This document shows, piece by piece, positions 27,076 to 30,997 of a stretch of 30,997 bases of DNA (position 1 is the first letter of the stretch; every line of letters begins with the position of its first letter). The notes under the pieces are model-generated. The model saw only the letters and a program-made list of their open reading frames with translations. It had not been told where the DNA came from and made no database searches. The DNA comes from Bdellovibrionia bacterium. Its GTDB lineage: Bacteria; Bdellovibrionota; UBA1018. The DNA is taken from NCBI GenBank assembly GCA_045805065.1, contig JBJMMA010000188.1, positions 1 to 30,997 on the forward strand, given 5' to 3'. Position numbers and translations under genes: made by a program.

Positions 27076-29074
27076 ATTTCATCTCCTGACAACACTCGCA
27101 ATTGCGCTCTCGGCGTTAAACATCACCGCTCCCACTCAAGCTATTGCTCAGGACACACAAACAGCGGTTGCCTCGACGAGCAAAGCATTAGCCGACTCCA
27201 TTGGCAGTCGAGTCACCCGAGTTCCTGAGTTTCAATTTATCAGGGAAGAAGCAAAGCGTCTGGGCGTAAGAGCCTACCTCTTTGGTGGGACTGCCGCGGG
27301 CTTTGCCCATTATGTGAACTGGGACTTGAAGCGCGAAGGTGGCGACACCCGTTATCATCCCGATCGCTTTAATTACGATTACACCGAAATCTACCACTCC
27401 ACTCAAGACCTGGACATTGTCATTGATGGACCACCTCGAAAAGCCAAGGAACTCCAGGACAAGCTTTCTGAGACCTTTTCTCATCTTCAGGGGAACAAAT
27501 CAGCCTGGGAAGTGCGCCTGCTTCGCCAGGACATGGGCGATAAACAAGCGCTATTGAATAATCCCGACTTTCTCAATCAGCACACCGATTCGAACTCCAC
27601 CGGCATGATCGAGATCTCAGAGCCCCATGCGGGCGATCCCGTGGTCCGAGATCTGCGCGATTGGGACTCGAAAGATCCCTATTTTCTTCGCGACGTGCGA
27701 GAGGGCAAGCTTCACTACTACTTCTCGCCCCTGCACTCTCAAACGAAATTTGCCAAAGAGGGTCGCAATCCTCCGATCCTCTCCGTCATTCGATTTCTGA
27801 CCAAGGCATTTCAATACGAGCTTGAGATCAGGCCGGAGGATTTCGCTCAAATCAAAAAAGTGATCCAGGAATTCGATTCCAGGCGCGATACACAGAACCC
27901 CTATGTCGCGCGTTGGATCGAAAAGAACGGCAAGAAGCTCATCCAAAATGCCGTCAATATCGAATACGCCAGAAACACTCTCGATCAACTGGGACTGAGA
28001 GAGAAGCTTCAGTCCGTCAAAGGAGACGTCCGCGCGACCGACTCTCTTGCCTGGTGGTTGAACAAAGAACCTCTGCGCACCCTCCCCCTTGGCCAAGGCA
28101 CTGGAAAGACCGCTCGGGAGCTAGGACTTGAAATCGTCGCTCATGAGACCAACAATTTCCTGGCTTATGAGAGCATCACGCGTGCGCTTACCGGAGACCC
28201 CAATGTCCTGGTATCCCGAAGTGGAGCGGCCGGAGAACTGGCAGTCCATGGCGATGGCTTTTACGCAAAAACAGGAAAAGAAGGCGCTCGTGGCACCGGT
28301 CTCACCATTCGCTTTCGTCTGGATCCCAATGCGCGAGAAGGCCATGACTTTATCTATGTCCCTCATGAAAATTTTATCGTCGTAAAAAACAAAGCCGCGC
28401 TCAAAGTGATACCGGAGAGCTTGAACGTCAGCCTGATTGAGTATTTCCAGATGATTGAAAGTGGTAAGGCTGGGGATTTGACAAACGATCGAGGCACCGT
28501 TGAAAAACTCAAACGGCGCATTACCGCCCGGTCAAAGTCAATCAGTCACGACGAGATCAACGAAGTCCTTAAAATCGTTCAGTCTGAAATCGAAAAGTCC
28601 GGGAGACTCGAAAACTCCGCCATTTTACGCGAATGGCTCTCACTTCCTCTCTCCGCAGATCACCCGGATATCTTTCATGCCGTTTTAAATAAAGCGTCAG
28701 ATCAAACGGACAAATGGCTTGTCACTGAGATTCTTACAAAACCTTACTTCAAGGATGGACCTGAGTGGGTCGAGCGGATTTTAGACAGGGAAACTTCGGA
28801 CAAAGAGATCGCCAGGCATATTCTCTCCCTGCCCAACTGGAAGGACCACCCGGAGTGGATTGAGCGGCTCATTGAACGAGGTACCGCAGACGACGAACTC
28901 TTCTTCTACGTTCTCACCCAGCCCCACTGGAGGGAGCACCCCGAACTTCTGCGACTTACCGGGGGCCAGACTCCCACAATGAACAATCTTATTGATGCGT
29001 TTGCCCGTGGCGAGACCCTACGGACTGCCTCCAAGGCCTGTGTGCTCGAGCACCTGAATAAATCCCTTCCCTAG
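27065..29074 (+). CDS. Secreted nucleotidyltransferase plus ART-like protein, paralog 2
   Basis: Highly similar to paralog 1 over about 450 aa; signal peptide ending AIA; AGGAG SD; 11-nt overlap with paralog 1; C-terminal P-W-DHPEW repeats. Confidence 0.75.
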   Translation: MRRRFHLLTTLAIALSALNITAPTQAIAQDTQTAVASTSKALADSIGSRVTRVPEFQFIREEAKRLGVRAYLFGGTAAGFAHYVNWDLKREGGDTRYHPDRFNYDYTEIYHSTQDLDIVIDGPPRKAKELQDKLSETFSHLQGNKSAWEVRLLRQDMGDKQALLNNPDFLNQHTDSNSTGMIEISEPHAGDPVVRDLRDWDSKDPYFLRDVREGKLHYYFSPLHSQTKFAKEGRNPPILSVIRFLTKAFQYELEIRPEDFAQIKKVIQEFDSRRDTQNPYVARWIEKNGKKLIQNAVNIEYARNTLDQLGLREKLQSVKGDVRATDSLAWWLNKEPLRTLPLGQGTGKTARELGLEIVAHETNNFLAYESITRALTGDPNVLVSRSGAAGELAVHGDGFYAKTGKEGARGTGLTIRFRLDPNAREGHDFIYVPHENFIVVKNKAALKVIPESLNVSLIEYFQMIESGKAGDLTNDRGTVEKLKRRITARSKSISHDEINEVLKIVQSEIEKSGRLENSAILREWLSLPLSADHPDIFHAVLNKASDQTDKWLVTEILTKPYFKDGPEWVERILDRETSDKEIARHILSLPNWKDHPEWIERLIERGTADDELFFYVLTQPHWREHPELLRLTGGQTPTMNNLIDAFARGETLRTASKACVLEHLNKSLP

Positions 29075-29084
29075 GGTGATCGCT

Positions 29085-29111
29085 CAATAATTATTCCGAA
29101 AAATCCGATTA
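29085..29111 (+). promoter_or_regulatory. Possible sigma28-type promoter
   Basis: CAAT, 15-nt spacer, TCCGATTA, then AGAGATG as upstream of paralog 1. Confidence 0.5.
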
Positions 29112-29119
29112 GTTTAGAG

Positions 29120-30997
29120 ATGAGGAACTCGAGGGGCCTTTCCAAAATCGTCATATTATTGACATTAACGACATCCACAACGTGGATGCCACAAAAGGCC
29201 GTAGCCGCCGAAGTGATAGCTCAAGGAACCCACGCGGCCCCAACGATCCAAGAGCTTGAGCGAGGCGTAGCTGAAAGACTCAAACGGGTAGAAGAATTCC
29301 AATTCATCGAACAAGAAGCCCAAAAGCTAGGAGTAAGAGCCTACCTCTTCGGAGGAACAGCAGCCGGATACGCCCATTACGTCAAATGGGACCTCCAACG
29401 TGAAAAAGGCGACACAAGATTTCAAAAAGACCGCTTCGATTACGACTACACCAACATCTACCGCTCCACTCAAGACTTAGACATCGTCATCGACGGAAAC
29501 CCAGAACAAGCTCAAGCCCTTCAAAACGCTCTTCAACACAAATACCCCCATCTTCAAGGCAGCAAAACCGCCTGGGAAGTAAGACTCCTGACCCAAGACC
29601 TGGGCGACAAGCAGGCGATCCTCAACAACCCCGACTTCATGAATCAGCACACGGATTCCAACTCGTCGGGGCTCATCGAGATCACAAAGCCCAAGAACGG
29701 TGAGCTCATTGTCCGTGACGTCAGAGACTGGAACTCCAAAGAGCCTTACTTCCTGAAAGACGTGCACGATGGGATGCTGCACTATTACTTCTCCCCGCTT
29801 CACGGCACCACGAAGTTTGCCAAAGAAGGAAGAAATCCTCCGATTCTTTCCGCAATCCGCTTTCTCACCAAAGCTTTCCAGTACGAACTCGAAATCAGAC
29901 CTGAGGATCTCGCTCAAATCAAAAAAGTGATCCAAGAGTTTGATCCCAAGCGAGACACACAAAACTACTATGTCCAAAACTGGATTGAGAAGAATGGCAA
30001 AAAGCTGATCCAAAACTCCGTCAACATTGAGTACGCGAAAAACACCCTGGACGAGCTGGGACTCAGCAAAAAGCTTCAATCCATCCAAGCTAATACGGGC
30101 GCAACAGAGTCTCTTGCCTGGTGGATGAACAAAGAGCCGCTGAGAACTCGACCTTTAGGCCAGGGCACAGGCAGGACCGCAAAGGAACTGGGACTTGATA
30201 TCGTCGCTCATGAGACGAAAAATTTTCTTGCCTACGAGAGCATTACGCGTGCTCACACAGGTGACCCGAACGTCTTAATTTCCCGAGAACATTTCCCTGG
30301 CGAGGCCGCAGCCTATGGCGATGGCTTTTACACAAAGATTGGTAAAGAAGGCGCTCATGGAACCGGTTTTACTATTCGCTTTCATCTCGATCCCAATGCG
30401 CGAGAAGGTCGCGACTTTATCTATGTCCCTCATGAAAATTTCGTCGTCGTACAAAACAAAGCCGCCCTCAAAGTCATTCCTGAAAGCCTGAACATTGGAC
30501 CCGTTGAGTATTTTAAGCTGCTCTCAAGAAGCACCCGCGAGTTGAGCAGCAGTGACAAAGGCATTTTAGAAAAACTCAAACGGAGGGTCGATGCTAAAAT
30601 GAGTGCATTGACTGCTCAAGACGAGCAAACACTTTATGAGATTGTCAGCACACAAATCCGACATTCTCCTGAGCCGGAAACCAATGCCGCTGTCCATGAA
30701 TGGCTCACCCTTCCAAGATCTAAAAATCATCCAGAACTCATCCACGCCATCATTGATAGACAGCTTCCATTGGCAGATAAATGGCTGGTAAGGGACATCT
30801 TCGACCAGCCTCATTGGAAAGACCATCCTGAGCTCGTTGAACCATTCATTAAAAAACTTGTTAAAAACGGACATGCAGACGAGAGCATCGTGGAAAGATT
30901 TCTTTCCGATCCTCACTGGAAACACCATCCGGATTGGGTGGAAGCGATCATTGAAAGAGGAAAAGCAGACGTTGACATCGCGGGTGACGTTCTTTCC
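29120..30997 (+). CDS. Secreted nucleotidyltransferase plus ART-like protein, paralog 3 (3'-truncated by the window edge)
   Basis: Missing from the ORF track. Manual translation: MRNSRGLSKIVILLTLTTSTTWMPQKAVAA...EFQFIEQEAQKLGVRAYLFGGTAAG...QDLDIVIDG...IVAHETKNF...YGDGFYTK...PHWKDHPEL...; the same frame is open at the window end. Confidence 0.85.
   Translation, partial: MRNSRGLSKIVILLTLTTSTTWMPQKAVAAEVIAQGTHAAPTIQELERGVAERLKRVEEFQFIEQEAQKLGVRAYLFGGTAAGYAHYVKWDLQREKGDTRFQKDRFDYDYTNIYRSTQDLDIVIDGNPEQAQALQNALQHKYPHLQGSKTAWEVRLLTQDLGDKQAILNNPDFMNQHTDSNSSGLIEITKPKNGELIVRDVRDWNSKEPYFLKDVHDGMLHYYFSPLHGTTKFAKEGRNPPILSAIRFLTKAFQYELEIRPEDLAQIKKVIQEFDPKRDTQNYYVQNWIEKNGKKLIQNSVNIEYAKNTLDELGLSKKLQSIQANTGATESLAWWMNKEPLRTRPLGQGTGRTAKELGLDIVAHETKNFLAYESITRAHTGDPNVLISREHFPGEAAAYGDGFYTKIGKEGAHGTGFTIRFHLDPNAREGRDFIYVPHENFVVVQNKAALKVIPESLNIGPVEYFKLLSRSTRELSSSDKGILEKLKRRVDAKMSALTAQDEQTLYEIVSTQIRHSPEPETNAAVHEWLTLPRSKNHPELIHAIIDRQLPLADKWLVRDIFDQPHWKDHPELVEPFIKKLVKNGHADESIVERFLSDPHWKHHPDWVEAIIERGKADVDIAGDVLS

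Noticed and set aside
24610..29074. Calling the paralogs housekeeping cca/pcnB or a CBASS cyclase
   Set aside because: They have signal peptides, lack the RRD and EDxxR motifs, occur in triplicate, and have no adjacent CBASS effector or ancillary genes.
29477..30928. Minus-strand ORFs 29477-30088 and 30566-30928
   Set aside because: Antisense to paralog 3, which is clearly the real gene on the plus strand.

Overview
About 31 kb of bacterial chromosome, most likely from a Bdellovibrionota/Oligoflexia-type predator. This is an inference from a Bd0055/HBb-type histone, an archaeal-type topoisomerase VI (top6B-top6A), two TIGR02147-family regulators and many signal-peptide proteins of unknown function. 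Left part (1-11.3 kb): ExbB/TolQ (partial), DUF4340 lipoprotein, CBS protein, HAD phosphatase, FKBP PPIase, histone, methyltransferase, truncated globin, S1 protease, VOC protein, a secreted 10-Cys mini-protein, a GXT collagen-like protein divergent from GT2+DUF2304, and a secreted His/Cys (clan CD-like) protein. Middle (11.4-16.8 kb): an accessory array downstream of top6A, made of divergent 'secreted GPGSxGGG protein / TIGR02147 regulator' modules separated by three copies of the top6A terminator region. Then topo VI, a ferritin-like protein, an AI-2E transporter, a fatty-acid hydroxylase, RmuC and a methyltransferase. Right end (24.6 kb to the edge): three tandem paralogs, the third missing from the ORF track because it runs off the window. 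Each has a signal peptide, a divergent CCA/poly(A)-polymerase-like nucleotidyltransferase domain, an ADP-ribosyltransferase-like domain and a variable helical C-terminus; two of the three have sigma28-like promoters. This cluster is the best candidate for an undescribed system. All family calls come from reading motifs by eye; no database searches were run.
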